Positions 9,321 through 18,762 of a DNA stretch of 24,000 nt are shown here, one piece after another. The position numbers and the translations under genes were made by a program. How positions within the stretch are numbered: the first letter of the stretch is position 1; every line of letters begins with the position of its first letter. Source of the DNA: Metallosphaera javensis (ex Hofmann et al. 2022). GTDB lineage: Archaea > Thermoproteota > Thermoprotei_A > Sulfolobales > Sulfolobaceae. The stretch lies in the NCBI RefSeq assembly GCF_022064045.1, contig NZ_JAKNCW010000005.1, positions 126,545-150,544 of the forward strand, given 5' to 3'. Below the pieces are notes generated by a model, which searched no databases, had not been told where the DNA came from, and saw nothing but the letters and a program-made list of their open reading frames with translations.

Positions 9321-10289
9321 GCAGATAACTTTATGGGTGGTTCTCTAGCTAAAGAAAATCTAACCATACTAATAACCGATCCAATTGACGAGTACATGAT
9401 AAGGACACTGAAAACCAAGGGTCTCAGGGTAAACTATCAGCCCGATATAGATAGGGAGGAGTTACTGAAGGTAGTGGAGAACTATGACGTACTGGTGGTC
9501 AGGAGCAGAACCAAGGTTGACAAGGAGGTCATAGAGAGAGGGAAGAGGTTGAGGGTTATAGCTAGGGCAGGAATAGGTGTGGATAACATAGATACGGAGG
9601 AAGCCGAGAGGAGAAAGATCAGGGTCGTATATGCGCCAGGTGCTTCTACCGATTCCGCTGCAGAGTTGACGATAGGTCTAATGTTAGCCGGAGCTCGCAA
9701 CATGTTTACCTCCATGACCTTGGCTAAGTCTGGTATATACAAGAAAACTGAAGGAGTCGAATTGAGTGGAAAGACAATTGGAATAATAGGATTCGGAAGA
9801 ATAGGGTATAAGGTTGGGGTTATTGCAAAGGCCATGGGCATGAACGTCTTGGCGTACGATGTAATCGATGTCTCCAATAGGGCTGCGGAGATCGGAGCTA
9901 GAGCGGTTTCCTTGGATGAACTGGTTACCCAGTCCGACGTGATTAGCATTCATGTGACTGTAGGGAAGGACGCTAAACCAATACTGACCTCCAGAGAGTT
10001 TGAAATGATGAAGAAGGGAGTCATCATAGTCAACACAAGCAGGGCAGTGGCTGTTGACGGAAAGGCCCTCCTTCATTACATAAAGGAGGGAAAGGTTATG
10101 TCCTACGCCACAGACGTGTTCTGGCACGAACCACCAAAGGAGGAGTGGGAGCTAGAACTGCTCAGGCACGAAAGGGTCACAGTCACCACCCATATAGGGG
10201 CACAGACCAAGGAGGCACAGTACAGGGTTGCCGTCATGACCACGGAAAACCTGTTGAGGGCTTTACAGGAGCTCGGTGTTAAACTTTGA
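9318..10289 (+). CDS. serA: D-3-phosphoglycerate dehydrogenase (short form, no ACT domain evident)
   Basis: [49 protein letters not shown] and DVFWHEPP motifs. SD-like AAGGTGA 9305-9311 upstream of ATG. Confidence 0.92.
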   Translation: MADNFMGGSLAKENLTILITDPIDEYMIRTLKTKGLRVNYQPDIDREELLKVVENYDVLVVRSRTKVDKEVIERGKRLRVIARAGIGVDNIDTEEAERRKIRVVYAPGASTDSAAELTIGLMLAGARNMFTSMTLAKSGIYKKTEGVELSGKTIGIIGFGRIGYKVGVIAKAMGMNVLAYDVIDVSNRAAEIGARAVSLDELVTQSDVISIHVTVGKDAKPILTSREFEMMKKGVIIVNTSRAVAVDGKALLHYIKEGKVMSYATDVFWHEPPKEEWELELLRHERVTVTTHIGAQTKEAQYRVAVMTTENLLRALQELGVKL

Positions 10290-11407
10290 TGCTCATTCCA
10301 GGTCCAGTAAACGTTCCAAGAAGTGTGGCCCAGAATTCCACAGTCGTGGTTAATCATAGATCCGAGAAGTTCAGAGGAGTGGTTGCTCAACTTGAGCACC
10401 TTTTAAAGGGTGCGTTTTTCTCCTCTAGGGTTGCCCTGCTCACTGGATCTGGAACTCTTGCTGTGGAGTCCATGGTGTTCTCCCTTCTGAAGAAGGGGGA
10501 AAAGGTCATCGTGTTGACTTACGGGGAGTTCAGCGAGAGATTGCTGGACTCGGTAGTAAGAAGGGGTACCTCTGCAGTAGTGTATAGGAAACCCTTCGGG
10601 GAGATATTTTCGGAGGAGGAGATAAAGGAGATACTTGATACCAACAAGGACGCTACGGCCCTAGCATTTGTTCATAACGAGACCAGTACTGGTATAGCAT
10701 TCAGGAATTTGAGGAGGGTTGTGAAATTGGCTAAGGATATGGGACTGAAGGTTCTGGTGGACTCCGTTTCAGGTTTCGGTGCCTACGAAATAAGGGTAAA
10801 CGAGTGGAACATAGACGCAGTAGCAACAGGTAGCCAGAAGGCGCTAGCCTCTGTCCCAGGCATGGGCCTGGTCGGGCTATCGGAGGAAGGAATCCGCAAC
10901 CTTCAGGACGATGCGCCAAACTACCTCAACCTCAAGCTTCACCTTAAATTCCAGGATAGAAGGGAAACTCCTTTCACTCCTGCAGTGGGCGTATTCTTTT
11001 CTACACTGAGAGCCACAGAACTTCTTCACCAGGAAGGCGTTGAGAGGAGATGGAAGAGACATGAAGCATGTGCCAGGTTCGTGCGAAGTATAACTGCCAA
11101 GGCAGGTTTCTCTTTACTTGGAAATGAGAGTAATTTTTCCAATACAGTGGTAGCTGGGGCTCCTCCAGTTTCACCTAAATCCATGATAGAGGAACTTTCG
11201 AAGAGAGGAATAGAGATCTCAGGGGGAATTGGCGAGCTCAAGGATAAGATAGTGAGAATAGGAACTCTGGGAATGATAGATGATAGGGCCGTACTCAGAT
11301 TGAGATACGCACTGTCGGATATACTTAAGGTAGATTTGAACGATGTCCCCTCTGCAGACTGCAAACTTCCAGATTCTATAGCTCAAGAAATGGACTGGGA
11401 TAACTAA
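10289..11407 (+). CDS. Alanine-glyoxylate / serine-pyruvate family PLP aminotransferase
   Basis: [36 protein letters not shown] and [14 protein letters not shown] (PLP lysine). ATG 10289 overlaps the serA stop (TGATG). Confidence 0.9.
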   Translation: MLIPGPVNVPRSVAQNSTVVVNHRSEKFRGVVAQLEHLLKGAFFSSRVALLTGSGTLAVESMVFSLLKKGEKVIVLTYGEFSERLLDSVVRRGTSAVVYRKPFGEIFSEEEIKEILDTNKDATALAFVHNETSTGIAFRNLRRVVKLAKDMGLKVLVDSVSGFGAYEIRVNEWNIDAVATGSQKALASVPGMGLVGLSEEGIRNLQDDAPNYLNLKLHLKFQDRRETPFTPAVGVFFSTLRATELLHQEGVERRWKRHEACARFVRSITAKAGFSLLGNESNFSNTVVAGAPPVSPKSMIEELSKRGIEISGGIGELKDKIVRIGTLGMIDDRAVLRLRYALSDILKVDLNDVPSADCKLPDSIAQEMDWDN

Positions 11408-11428
11408 TTTTTTATTTATTTAAAACAG

Positions 11429-11737
11429 GTGTCTCGTATGAGTCAAGACGAAGCTCCAGGGATTAACCCTTTGACGCAGGTTTATGTGGGGAGCTGGAGA
11501 GACAGGCTTACTTCCTACGAGAGGGCACGAATAATTAGTGCCAGGGCACTCCAGCTGGCCATGGGTGCTTCTCCCCTTATTGATGTTTCCTCAGCTGGAC
11601 TTGAAGGAGCTAGCTCACTTAGGATAGCTGAGGAAGAGTTTAGATCCAACCTCTTACCCATTAGTGTAAGGAGGAGGTTTCCCAACGGAAAAGTTGAGCT
11701 TATCTCTGTAATGAAGCTTAGCTCAAAGAAGCCTTAA
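11429..11737 (+). CDS. rpoK: DNA-directed RNA polymerase subunit K (Rpb6/omega family)
   Basis: DRLTSYERARIISARALQLAMGASPLIDV...LPISVRRRFPNGK; true start may be ATG 11438. Confidence 0.88.
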   Translation: MSRMSQDEAPGINPLTQVYVGSWRDRLTSYERARIISARALQLAMGASPLIDVSSAGLEGASSLRIAEEEFRSNLLPISVRRRFPNGKVELISVMKLSSKKP

Positions 11738-11742
11738 TCTGG

Positions 11743-11797
11743 CGATGATGTGAGTCATGCCAAATGATCGGTGAAGACAAACCTGGGGTATCTGAGT
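11743..11797 (+). ncRNA. Candidate C/D box guide sRNA immediately downstream of rpoK
   Basis: C box ATGATGT 11745-11751; 12-nt spacer GAGTCATGCCAA; D'-like ATGA 11764-11767; 3-nt spacer; C'-like GTGAAGA 11771-11777; 14-nt spacer CAAACCTGGGGTAT; D box CTGA 11792-11795. Confidence 0.5.
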
Positions 11798-11871
11798 ATA
11801 TTGGATTAGGCATCACGAACCAAGTTAAGAAATCGTTAAAACCTCTGAGAACTCTAAAAAATTTAAAAAGG

Positions 11872-12981
11872 CTATAAAGCCTTGAACTTTTCGTGCCACG
11901 CTGCGTATGCCTTTAACATATCCTGGTTAACGCTTGGCTTCCTGACCTTAAGCACTTCCCTGAAATCATCCATGTTTATCGCTCTGGGCTCCTGCAGGTT
12001 CTTTTCAAACATTTCCTTCACCACTCTCATGTGAGCCGATTGAACTATGTCTCTAATATCACTGGCCGTATATCCATCAGTCAATTCAGCAAGTTCCTCA
12101 AGGTTCACGTTTGGATCCAGCTTCACCTTGGAAGAGTAATGCTTCAATAACTCTAACCTGTGGGCCTTGTCTGGAAGGGTGATATATATCCTCTTCTGGA
12201 ATCTTCTCAGGAACGGTTCATCCAATCTCCACGGCTTATTGGTCGCCCCTATGACATACACTCTGGAAATCTCGTTTTTGTCGGCTAATCCGTCCATCTC
12301 CTTGAGGAATTGGTTCCTAACCCTGGCCTCTCCACCCACCTCTGATGTGTAGGAGGCAAGCAACGCATCCAGCTCATCTATGAAGATGATGGCAGGTTTG
12401 TTCTCCTTTTTAGAGAGCTCCCTGGCAGTCTTGAATATCTTGGCTACGTTCTTCTCCGCCTCTCCAAGCCACTTTGACATGATTGAGGCCGCATCCACAT
12501 GAATGAACTCCGAGTCAAGTTCGTTTGCTACTGCGGCCGCTATCATGGTTTTTCCACATCCTGGAGGACCATACAATAAGATCCCCCTAGGCCAGCCCAA
12601 CGGGAAGAGGTCTGGTCTCTTGCTAGGATAAACTACTGCCTCCTTCAGAGCTTCTTTCACGTCCTCTAGTCCAACAATTTCGTTCAGGGTCACCTTGGGT
12701 TTTTCCTTCATGACTATCTCTTCTTCACTTTTTTCAGTCTCTTCTCCTCCCTCCGGAACCATTTGGTTTAGCGTATCCAGCCTCTTCTTGTACTCGTTGA
12801 TCATCTGCTCATAGGCGTTCCTGGCAACCATATCAGGGTAGAGGGTAACGATCTGTGTAAGCACCTCAATCGCCTTCTTGTAATTGTTGATGGCATCCTC
12901 CCTTCTCCCCTCCTTGTCAGCCCTAACCGCGGCTATGGCATACTTCCTTGCCATTTCTTCCAGCATCACCTGGGCACTCAT
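11872..12981 (-). CDS. cdvC: CdvC, Vps4-like AAA+ ATPase with N-terminal MIT domain
   Basis: MIT-like N-terminus ([28 protein letters not shown]), Walker A GPPGCGKT, Walker [11 protein letters not shown]; downstream of cdvB. Confidence 0.95.
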   Translation of the reverse strand: MSAQVMLEEMARKYAIAAVRADKEGRREDAINNYKKAIEVLTQIVTLYPDMVARNAYEQMINEYKKRLDTLNQMVPEGGEETEKSEEEIVMKEKPKVTLNEIVGLEDVKEALKEAVVYPSKRPDLFPLGWPRGILLYGPPGCGKTMIAAAVANELDSEFIHVDAASIMSKWLGEAEKNVAKIFKTARELSKKENKPAIIFIDELDALLASYTSEVGGEARVRNQFLKEMDGLADKNEISRVYVIGATNKPWRLDEPFLRRFQKRIYITLPDKAHRLELLKHYSSKVKLDPNVNLEELAELTDGYTASDIRDIVQSAHMRVVKEMFEKNLQEPRAINMDDFREVLKVRKPSVNQDMLKAYAAWHEKFKAL

Positions 12982-12986
12982 CTGAG

Positions 12987-13805
12987 TCAGGCCTCCAGTG
13001 CTATTAGACCCTTCTTAGCTAGGTTGTTCAGTATCCCAAGGACTTCATTCTTGTCCACCCCATACTCCGCAGCCACCAGGGACACATCAAGTATACCCCC
13101 ACTGTTCCTTATAAGGGTCAGAAGTTCCTCCTCTCCTATCTTTCTTCTAACCACCTTGGGTTCGGATGGAGGATACGGAAGCCCTATCATACTAGGCTCC
13201 ATGGGAGTTACACTCTCCTTGGGAGGATGAGGTAAATCGAGCTTGGGCATCCTTTCACTGATCTTAGTTTCAGCTGTCTTTCTGGCCTCATCAAGTATCC
13301 TCCTTGCCTCATCGTCTACCGTAGGGACAAGAGATCTATCGCTTACCGTCATTCCCGTTTCGACGGCAATGCTATTCACGCTACTTATAATCGAATCCAA
13401 AGCTATGGCCACTTCTGGAGCCACTCCTCTTACTTGCTCCTTCAAGCTCTCCAAAGTCCTTCCTACGGGACCAATCATGGAAGACACCCCCTGGATATCG
13501 TGAATGGTTTCCAATCTAATCCTAACCTTCTCTATGGCCAGCCTCGCAGTGTAAACTATTTTCATGATTTTCCTTATTTCCGAAATTTCCTGAGCGTAAA
13601 TGGTAGCCCTGGTCATCTCCCCGTTCTCCTGGGACCTCACTACCTTGTCGAAGAGGTCCTTGTCCCTATCCTCCAGCTTCCTCATGGTTTCGTCGAGCTT
13701 GTCCTGCTGATCTCTCAATTTAATAGAAATTTCAGTTAATTTGGAAGATAACAACATCTGTTCATCTTTCTTCCTTGTAATGTTGAAAAGTAAGCTTAAC
13801 TTCAT
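12987..13805 (-). CDS. cdvB: CdvB, ESCRT-III-like cell division protein
   Basis: Coiled-coil Snf7-like region, proline-rich MIM2-like stretch [10 protein letters not shown], and C-terminal winged-helix-like domain [44 protein letters not shown]. Confidence 0.92.
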   Translation of the reverse strand: MKLSLLFNITRKKDEQMLLSSKLTEISIKLRDQQDKLDETMRKLEDRDKDLFDKVVRSQENGEMTRATIYAQEISEIRKIMKIVYTARLAIEKVRIRLETIHDIQGVSSMIGPVGRTLESLKEQVRGVAPEVAIALDSIISSVNSIAVETGMTVSDRSLVPTVDDEARRILDEARKTAETKISERMPKLDLPHPPKESVTPMEPSMIGLPYPPSEPKVVRRKIGEEELLTLIRNSGGILDVSLVAAEYGVDKNEVLGILNNLAKKGLIALEA

Positions 13806-13823
13806 CCTAAAGAAATAGGTTGG

Positions 13824-14543
13824 TCACTGTGTGCTTAAGACTTTAACAGGTATTGGTGTAGGTAATTCCGTCCTGCTAAGATCGGGCTTTGTTGATGACT
13901 CGGTTCCATTGGTGAGGGACCCTGCTCCTTTTATATCTAACCCACTATCTCTATCACTCAGGTCCAGTTTCTCCATGGTCTTTCTTATGTCATCCTTCTC
14001 TACAATGTAACTCTCCTTAGCCTGCCTCAGTATCTCTATGGAGCCCTTGTATGCACTCTCAGTCAGTTCAGCTGCTATATAACTCATTTTCACTGCGATC
14101 ATTGCCCTGTCTATATGAGTGATCTGATCCTCCACTTCATTGAGTCTGCTCTTTAGCTTGCTTTTAATTTTGGCATAATCCTCCCTTATTTTCACCATTT
14201 CGGAATCAAGTTTCCTTTTCATATCATCATAGGAAGACTTTGGAATTTCCTGCTTTGCGTATAACTCCTCTAGTGCCCTCTGCCTCTTCCTTATTTTCTC
14301 CATTTGCATTATAGATTTCATAGAGTCGGCCTTCCAATCGGGAAGGATAGCCAGTACATCATTAACCAGTGATATCCTGGACGGATCTAACGTGGAGAAA
14401 GTGTTCCCGTATGCAACCTCTATCCCGGTCACCGTTCCGTCCACTTCTGTATAAACATGGACAATGTAGCCTACCTCTCTCCCGTAAACGTCCTTCACCT
14501 TTTGACCTATGAATTTCATTAAATTATCATACGATATAGCCAT
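13824..14543 (-). CDS. cdvA: CdvA, crenarchaeal cell division protein
   Basis: PRC-barrel-like N-terminus ([28 protein letters not shown]) plus coiled coil; upstream of cdvB-cdvC. SD GAGGAG at 14557-14552 and TATA CTTTTAAG at about 14592-14585. Confidence 0.93.
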   Translation of the reverse strand: MAISYDNLMKFIGQKVKDVYGREVGYIVHVYTEVDGTVTGIEVAYGNTFSTLDPSRISLVNDVLAILPDWKADSMKSIMQMEKIRKRQRALEELYAKQEIPKSSYDDMKRKLDSEMVKIREDYAKIKSKLKSRLNEVEDQITHIDRAMIAVKMSYIAAELTESAYKGSIEILRQAKESYIVEKDDIRKTMEKLDLSDRDSGLDIKGAGSLTNGTESSTKPDLSRTELPTPIPVKVLSTQ

Positions 14544-14601
14544 AGGTATTACTCCTCAAAAATAGAGGTTACTCCAAGAATGGCTTAAAAGGCTTAGTGC
14601 C

Positions 14602-14655
14602 CCTCAGAGTAGGTTGTTCTTCATCTAATACGCGCTTTTAACCTTCATCATTGGT
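14602..14655 (-). ncRNA. Candidate C/D box guide sRNA upstream of cdvA
   Basis: On the minus strand: C box ATGATGA 14651-14645; 20 nt; C'-like ATGAAGA 14624-14618; 10 nt ACAACCTACT; D box CTGA 14607-14604. TATA-like GTTTATTTAAAT 14687-14675 is ~25 nt upstream of the expected 5' end. Confidence 0.5.
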
Positions 14656-14674
14656 AAAGGTAATTCCGGGGGAC

Positions 14675-14687
14675 AATTTAAATAAAC
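14675..14687. promoter_or_regulatory. Near-symmetric AT element ATTTAAATAAAC, possible bidirectional TATA element
   Basis: Correct distance (~25 nt) from the candidate minus-strand sRNA 5' end (~14656) and close to the start of the plus-strand membrane protein (ATG 14715). Confidence 0.45.
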
Positions 14688-14714
14688 TTTCCATGTCTAA
14701 TAAAAGGTTTGATC

Positions 14715-14963
14715 ATGACGTTACAGACGCTTGTAAACGTAACAAATCAGTTGTTCCATCCATTAAGCTTCAACACTGAGCCTTTATCAATAACACTGAT
14801 AGCAATGGGGCTCATAGTGCTGTTCCTGGTGGCCATAGGGGGAATGGTTTACGGTCTCTTCAAGGCAGTTAAAGCTGTACCCAACTTAACCACTAAACAA
14901 TTCATTCTCTTCCTCCTGCTGTTGGCCGTTGGTCTGGTAGTGGTAGGGATATTGCTGCCGTAA
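14715..14963 (+). CDS. Small membrane protein, two predicted transmembrane helices
   Basis: 82 aa with hydrophobic segments LIAMGLIVLFLVAIGGMVYGLF and FILFLLLLAVGLVVVGILL; ORF track start is TTG 14709, ATG 14715 preferred. Confidence 0.65.
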   Translation: MTLQTLVNVTNQLFHPLSFNTEPLSITLIAMGLIVLFLVAIGGMVYGLFKAVKAVPNLTTKQFILFLLLLAVGLVVVGILLP

Positions 14964-14964
14964 A

Positions 14965-16215
14965 CTAGAGTCTCCTGCCAAGATATTCAAATCCAAATTC
15001 GTTTTCAATTTCAAGTAATCTGTTATATTTTGAAGTTCTTTCCCCTCTTGAGGGTGCTCCTGTTTTAATGAAGTCGCTATTCAGTCCCACAGCCAGATCG
15101 GCAATGAAGCTATCTTCAGTTTCACCGCTCCTGTGACTGACCACGGTCTTTATGGAGTTGTCCCTTGCTAAATCGAAGAATTCGATGGTCTCAGTTAGCG
15201 TTCCGATCTGGTTTGCCTTGACGATAACTCCTTTTGCGGATTTCATCTCAATTCCTTTCCTCAGGTATTTCACGTTTGTAGTGAAGATATCATCTCCAGT
15301 AATAATGACATTCTTGATCCTATTTTGTAACTCGGAATATCTACCGAAATCGTTCTCCTCAAATGGATCTTCCAGATACAGTAAAGGGTAACGACTTGCT
15401 ATGTCCGCATAGAAATCTATCATTTCATCTGGGGACTTAGCTGTATTGTCTATTTCATACACTCCCTTCTCAGGGTTGTAAAAGTCCGATGCAGCAGCAT
15501 CCATTCCCATGAAGACTCTACCCTCCATTCCTGACCTCTTAATTGCCTCATATACGAGCTTTAGCGCATCCTCAGTCACACTAAGAGGTGGGGAGATCCC
15601 TCCCTCATCACCTAAGGCAGTGTATATCTTTCCGTACCTTTCTGTGACCAGGGATTTCAGTGTTTTATAGATCTTTGTGGAGGCAACCAAGGCCTCTTTG
15701 AGGGTATCAAACTTAGCTGGAATGATCATGAATTCTTGGATCTTCAACATGTTACCGGCGTGTAGTCCCCCATTCAAGATGTTCAGCAGTGGTACCGGTA
15801 GCGTATGTGTTCTAGCCCCACCAATATACATAAAGGGCTCCAATCCCATGGAAAGGGACGCGGTCTTGGCTACAGCAATGGATGTAGCTATAGTGGCGTT
15901 AGCTCCTAACCTGGACTTGTTCTCCGTTCCGTCCAACTCTATCATCAGCTTATCTATTCTTCCCTGTTCTCTCACATCCAGTCCCGTGAGTGCAGGTGAA
16001 ATGTAATAGTTTATGGAGTCCACAGCTCCTTTGACCGAACCATCCTTGTCCCTGAGCTCTATAGCTTCCCTGGTACCTTTGGAAGCCCCTGAGGGCGCAT
16101 CACCTGTTGCTCTAACTCCGGACTCCAAAGTGACCTTGGCCCTAACAGTTAGATTTCCCCTAGAATCAATGATCTCGTAACCCTGGACCTTAGCTATTGA
16201 GAAACCGTTCATCAT
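14965..16215 (-). CDS. eno: Enolase (phosphopyruvate hydratase)
   Basis: [51 protein letters not shown] and [18 protein letters not shown] motifs. Confidence 0.97.
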   Translation of the reverse strand: MMNGFSIAKVQGYEIIDSRGNLTVRAKVTLESGVRATGDAPSGASKGTREAIELRDKDGSVKGAVDSINYYISPALTGLDVREQGRIDKLMIELDGTENKSRLGANATIATSIAVAKTASLSMGLEPFMYIGGARTHTLPVPLLNILNGGLHAGNMLKIQEFMIIPAKFDTLKEALVASTKIYKTLKSLVTERYGKIYTALGDEGGISPPLSVTEDALKLVYEAIKRSGMEGRVFMGMDAAASDFYNPEKGVYEIDNTAKSPDEMIDFYADIASRYPLLYLEDPFEENDFGRYSELQNRIKNVIITGDDIFTTNVKYLRKGIEMKSAKGVIVKANQIGTLTETIEFFDLARDNSIKTVVSHRSGETEDSFIADLAVGLNSDFIKTGAPSRGERTSKYNRLLEIENEFGFEYLGRRL

Positions 16216-16250
16216 TTTAATTCATTGCTACTCATCATACACAGGCTAAA

Positions 16251-16556
16251 ATGTTAATGGTGCCGATAGCCCTCTTCCTGTTTTACGGCGTGATGTCGCC
16301 CGTATATTACCATTTATTGAAGGATAAAATGAGCAATCAAACGGCGTTCACAATAACTTGGATCACGGCACCCTTTCTGGCCTCCTATCCCTACCTCGTG
16401 TCCTATCTATACATTCTTCCTATTATTCTCGTGTTAAATATCATAGGATACGTTCTAGTGATACGAAGAAGTTACAAATATATTTATAATGGATTACTTT
16501 TCCTTACTGCCTCCATTATAACGATACTATTTTTTAAACTGTTACCTTACATATAA
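16251..16556 (+). CDS. Hypothetical membrane protein (101 aa)
   Basis: Multiple hydrophobic helices across the ORF; begins an apparent operon with the Zn-ribbon and signal peptidase genes. Confidence 0.6.
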   Translation: MLMVPIALFLFYGVMSPVYYHLLKDKMSNQTAFTITWITAPFLASYPYLVSYLYILPIILVLNIIGYVLVIRRSYKYIYNGLLFLTASIITILFFKLLPYI

Positions 16557-16562
16557 CTCCAT

Positions 16563-16886
16563 ATGCCCAAGAAGAAACAAAGTGAACCGGACGTTTGTCC
16601 CAACTGCGGGACTAAGGCAGAGAAGCCCATAAAGACGTGGAACTTGGTATCTCCTCTTCCTGACGCGTACGGTAGAATAACCATTACCGTAATGGGTTCA
16701 TATGAATGTCCCAATTGCGGTCACAGATGGAGAGCGGTGGTCTCCAAGATAAGGGCAGGTGGATCAGAGGTAGAAGTGGAGGGAAAGAAGGGCGTGAAGA
16801 AGTTTGGAGGAGAGAAGAAGGAGCAGAGAACCGATGAAGGAGAGGTAATAGAGCTGGATTTAGGCGATCTGGATGAAGAAGAGTGA
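16563..16886 (+). CDS. Zinc-ribbon protein with acidic C-terminal tail
   Basis: CPNCGTKA...YECPNCGHRWRA; tail EGEVIELDLGDLDEEE. Confidence 0.75.
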   Translation: MPKKKQSEPDVCPNCGTKAEKPIKTWNLVSPLPDAYGRITITVMGSYECPNCGHRWRAVVSKIRAGGSEVEVEGKKGVKKFGGEKKEQRTDEGEVIELDLGDLDEEE

Positions 16887-17295
16887 TATAGCGATCATCA
16901 TTCTTATTGCGTTGGTTTATATCGTGTTTTATTCTAACATAGTGAGTTCTGCTAGCGTGGAAGGAGTATCAATGTATCCGATTTTTCAGAACGGGGCCCT
17001 GACCTTCTATCAGCCTCCAACTCACGTAACTTATCACTCAATCATAATATATAGGTCGCCACAGCTTCACACCTACGTGATCCACAGGGTCATAAGGGTT
17101 GACGGAACATACTACGTAACCCAGGGGGTGGATAAGATATCCAATCCTCAACCCGATAATCAGATAGGGTTAGAGCCGGCCCCTGGTGTTCCCTCCAGTG
17201 ACGTGATAGGAAAAGTGACTCAAATAGATGGATATGTTATTTCCATCCCTTATCTAGGTTACCTATCTATCCTACTTTCTTCCCTGGTTAGGTAA
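16873..17295 (+). CDS. Type I signal peptidase, archaeal/ER type
   Basis: N-terminal TM helix, EGVSMYPIF (catalytic Ser box), YVIHRVIRVDG (His box), C-terminal hydrophobic segment. Confidence 0.85.
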   Translation: MKKSDIAIIILIALVYIVFYSNIVSSASVEGVSMYPIFQNGALTFYQPPTHVTYHSIIIYRSPQLHTYVIHRVIRVDGTYYVTQGVDKISNPQPDNQIGLEPAPGVPSSDVIGKVTQIDGYVISIPYLGYLSILLSSLVR

Positions 17296-18762
17296 CCTAG
17301 ACCTGAGAACTCTGTATGTTGGAGTTACTGTGCTAGGATGATTTGCCTTCACCTGATCCAGTCTACCCACCGCAGTGTTCTGGGGAGTGGAGGTTATGGC
17401 TGAAGGATTGGTGTAGGCTTTTTCCACAATCTCCTTGATCGCCTCAGCGAACTGGTCTAAGACCTCTACGGGCTCCGTTTCTGTTGGTTCTATCATGAGA
17501 GCTTCCTCTACATTGGGCGGGAAGTATATGGTGGGCGCGTAGAAACCCCTGTCAAGTAGTGCCTTAGCCACATCGAATGCAGTTACCCCTGTCTCTTCAG
17601 CCAGTTTCTTAGCACTGAACACGACCTCGTGCTTTCTGAACCTGTGAGGAGCCATTAATTCCAGTCCCTTAACCCCCCTCAGTTTAGCTATTAGATAGTT
17701 TGTGGCCAAGGTACTCATTTTCCCAATCATGGATACTCCTTTACCACCAAGGCCAAGAATGTAGGCATAGGATCTCATTAGGTTACCGAAGTTACCGTTG
17801 AAGACAGAGATCTTACCTATGGACCTCTCGGGCTTGACCAGAGAGTATCTATCTCCCTTGACCACCACGGGGTAAGGGAGGTATTCAACCATTTTACCTT
17901 TGGCGCAGACGGCTCCAGCCCCTGGACCCCCACCCCCGTGGGGGACCCCGAAGGTCTTGTGAAGGTTAAGATGAACTATGTCAAATCCCATGTCTCCGGG
18001 CCTCACTATTCCCAGTATTCCGTTCAGATTGGCTCCATCGTAGTAGAGTACTCCGTCCACGGAGTGAACTAGATCGGCTATCTCCTTAATGTTCTCCTCA
18101 AAGAGTCCCAAGGTGTTGGGATTGGTCAGCATGAACCCTGCAACGTTCTCTGATATAGTTCCCTTGAGCACGTCAAGGTCAACCAGTCCCTCCTGGTTGG
18201 ACTTAATGTAGATTACCGAGAAGCCAGCCATGGCTGCGCTAGCGGGATTTGTTCCGTGAGCCGAGTCGGCAACCAGCATTTCCTCCCTCCTCCTGTTCTG
18301 CTCTCTATGGTATTTCCTGATCATCAGGACTCCAGCCAGCTCACCTGCGGATCCTGCAGGAACCTGTAGACTGCATTCATCCATCCCCGTGGCCTCAGCC
18401 AGCCACCTCTGCATTTCATACATTACCTCCAAGTTCCCCTGAACAGTCTCTTGATCCTGCAGTGGGTGGGTTCTCTCAAACACTCCTGTCTCCTCCTCTA
18501 TCTTGGGATTGTACTTCATGGTGCACGATCCCAATGGCATCATTCCCGTATCAACGCCAAAGCTCATCTGGGAGAGCCTAATGAAGTGCCTAACAACCTC
18601 GAGTTCTGAGACTTCTGGCAGCTCAGGTTCCCTTCCTCTCCTGATCTTCTCAGGTAACTTGGTCTCTGCCTCAATATTCTCCTTGGGCACAAGAAATCCT
18701 TGCCTTCCCTTTCCCTTGTATTCGGTGATAAGGGGCTCATCCCAATACGCTTGCCTCCACAT
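17272..18762 (-). CDS. gcvPB: Glycine dehydrogenase (decarboxylating) subunit 2
   Basis: GSCTMKYNPK, PAGSAGELAG, DSAHGTNPASA and NLHKTFGVPHGGGGPGAG (PLP lysine). Confidence 0.95.
   Translation of the reverse strand: MWRQAYWDEPLITEYKGKGRQGFLVPKENIEAETKLPEKIRRGREPELPEVSELEVVRHFIRLSQMSFGVDTGMMPLGSCTMKYNPKIEEETGVFERTHPLQDQETVQGNLEVMYEMQRWLAEATGMDECSLQVPAGSAGELAGVLMIRKYHREQNRRREEMLVADSAHGTNPASAAMAGFSVIYIKSNQEGLVDLDVLKGTISENVAGFMLTNPNTLGLFEENIKEIADLVHSVDGVLYYDGANLNGILGIVRPGDMGFDIVHLNLHKTFGVPHGGGGPGAGAVCAKGKMVEYLPYPVVVKGDRYSLVKPERSIGKISVFNGNFGNLMRSYAYILGLGGKGVSMIGKMSTLATNYLIAKLRGVKGLELMAPHRFRKHEVVFSAKKLAEETGVTAFDVAKALLDRGFYAPTIYFPPNVEEALMIEPTETEPVEVLDQFAEAIKEIVEKAYTNPSAITSTPQNTAVGRLDQVKANHPSTVTPTYRVLRSRLPNQGRK

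Noticed and set aside
9482-10399. Several antisense and alternate-frame ORFs (9482-9949, 9684-10127, 10103-10399) over serA
   Set aside because: serA motifs are continuous on the plus strand; the other frames show no recognisable domains.
11820-11871. AT-rich stretch with CTCTGAG and a TATAAAG-like motif after cdvC
   Set aside because: Most simply the U-rich 3' termination region of the minus-strand cdv operon (TTTTTAAATTTTTTAG); no C box partner.
15595-15625. GTGATGA on the minus strand followed by CTGA ~29 nt later, resembling a C/D box pair inside enolase
   Set aside because: It encodes the conserved enolase segment [18 protein letters not shown], has no C' box, and is explained by coding constraint.
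16205-16235. Two ATGATGA C-box-like motifs on the minus strand near the enolase start
   Set aside because: No CTGA D box follows within range; one motif is simply the ATGATG start region of enolase.
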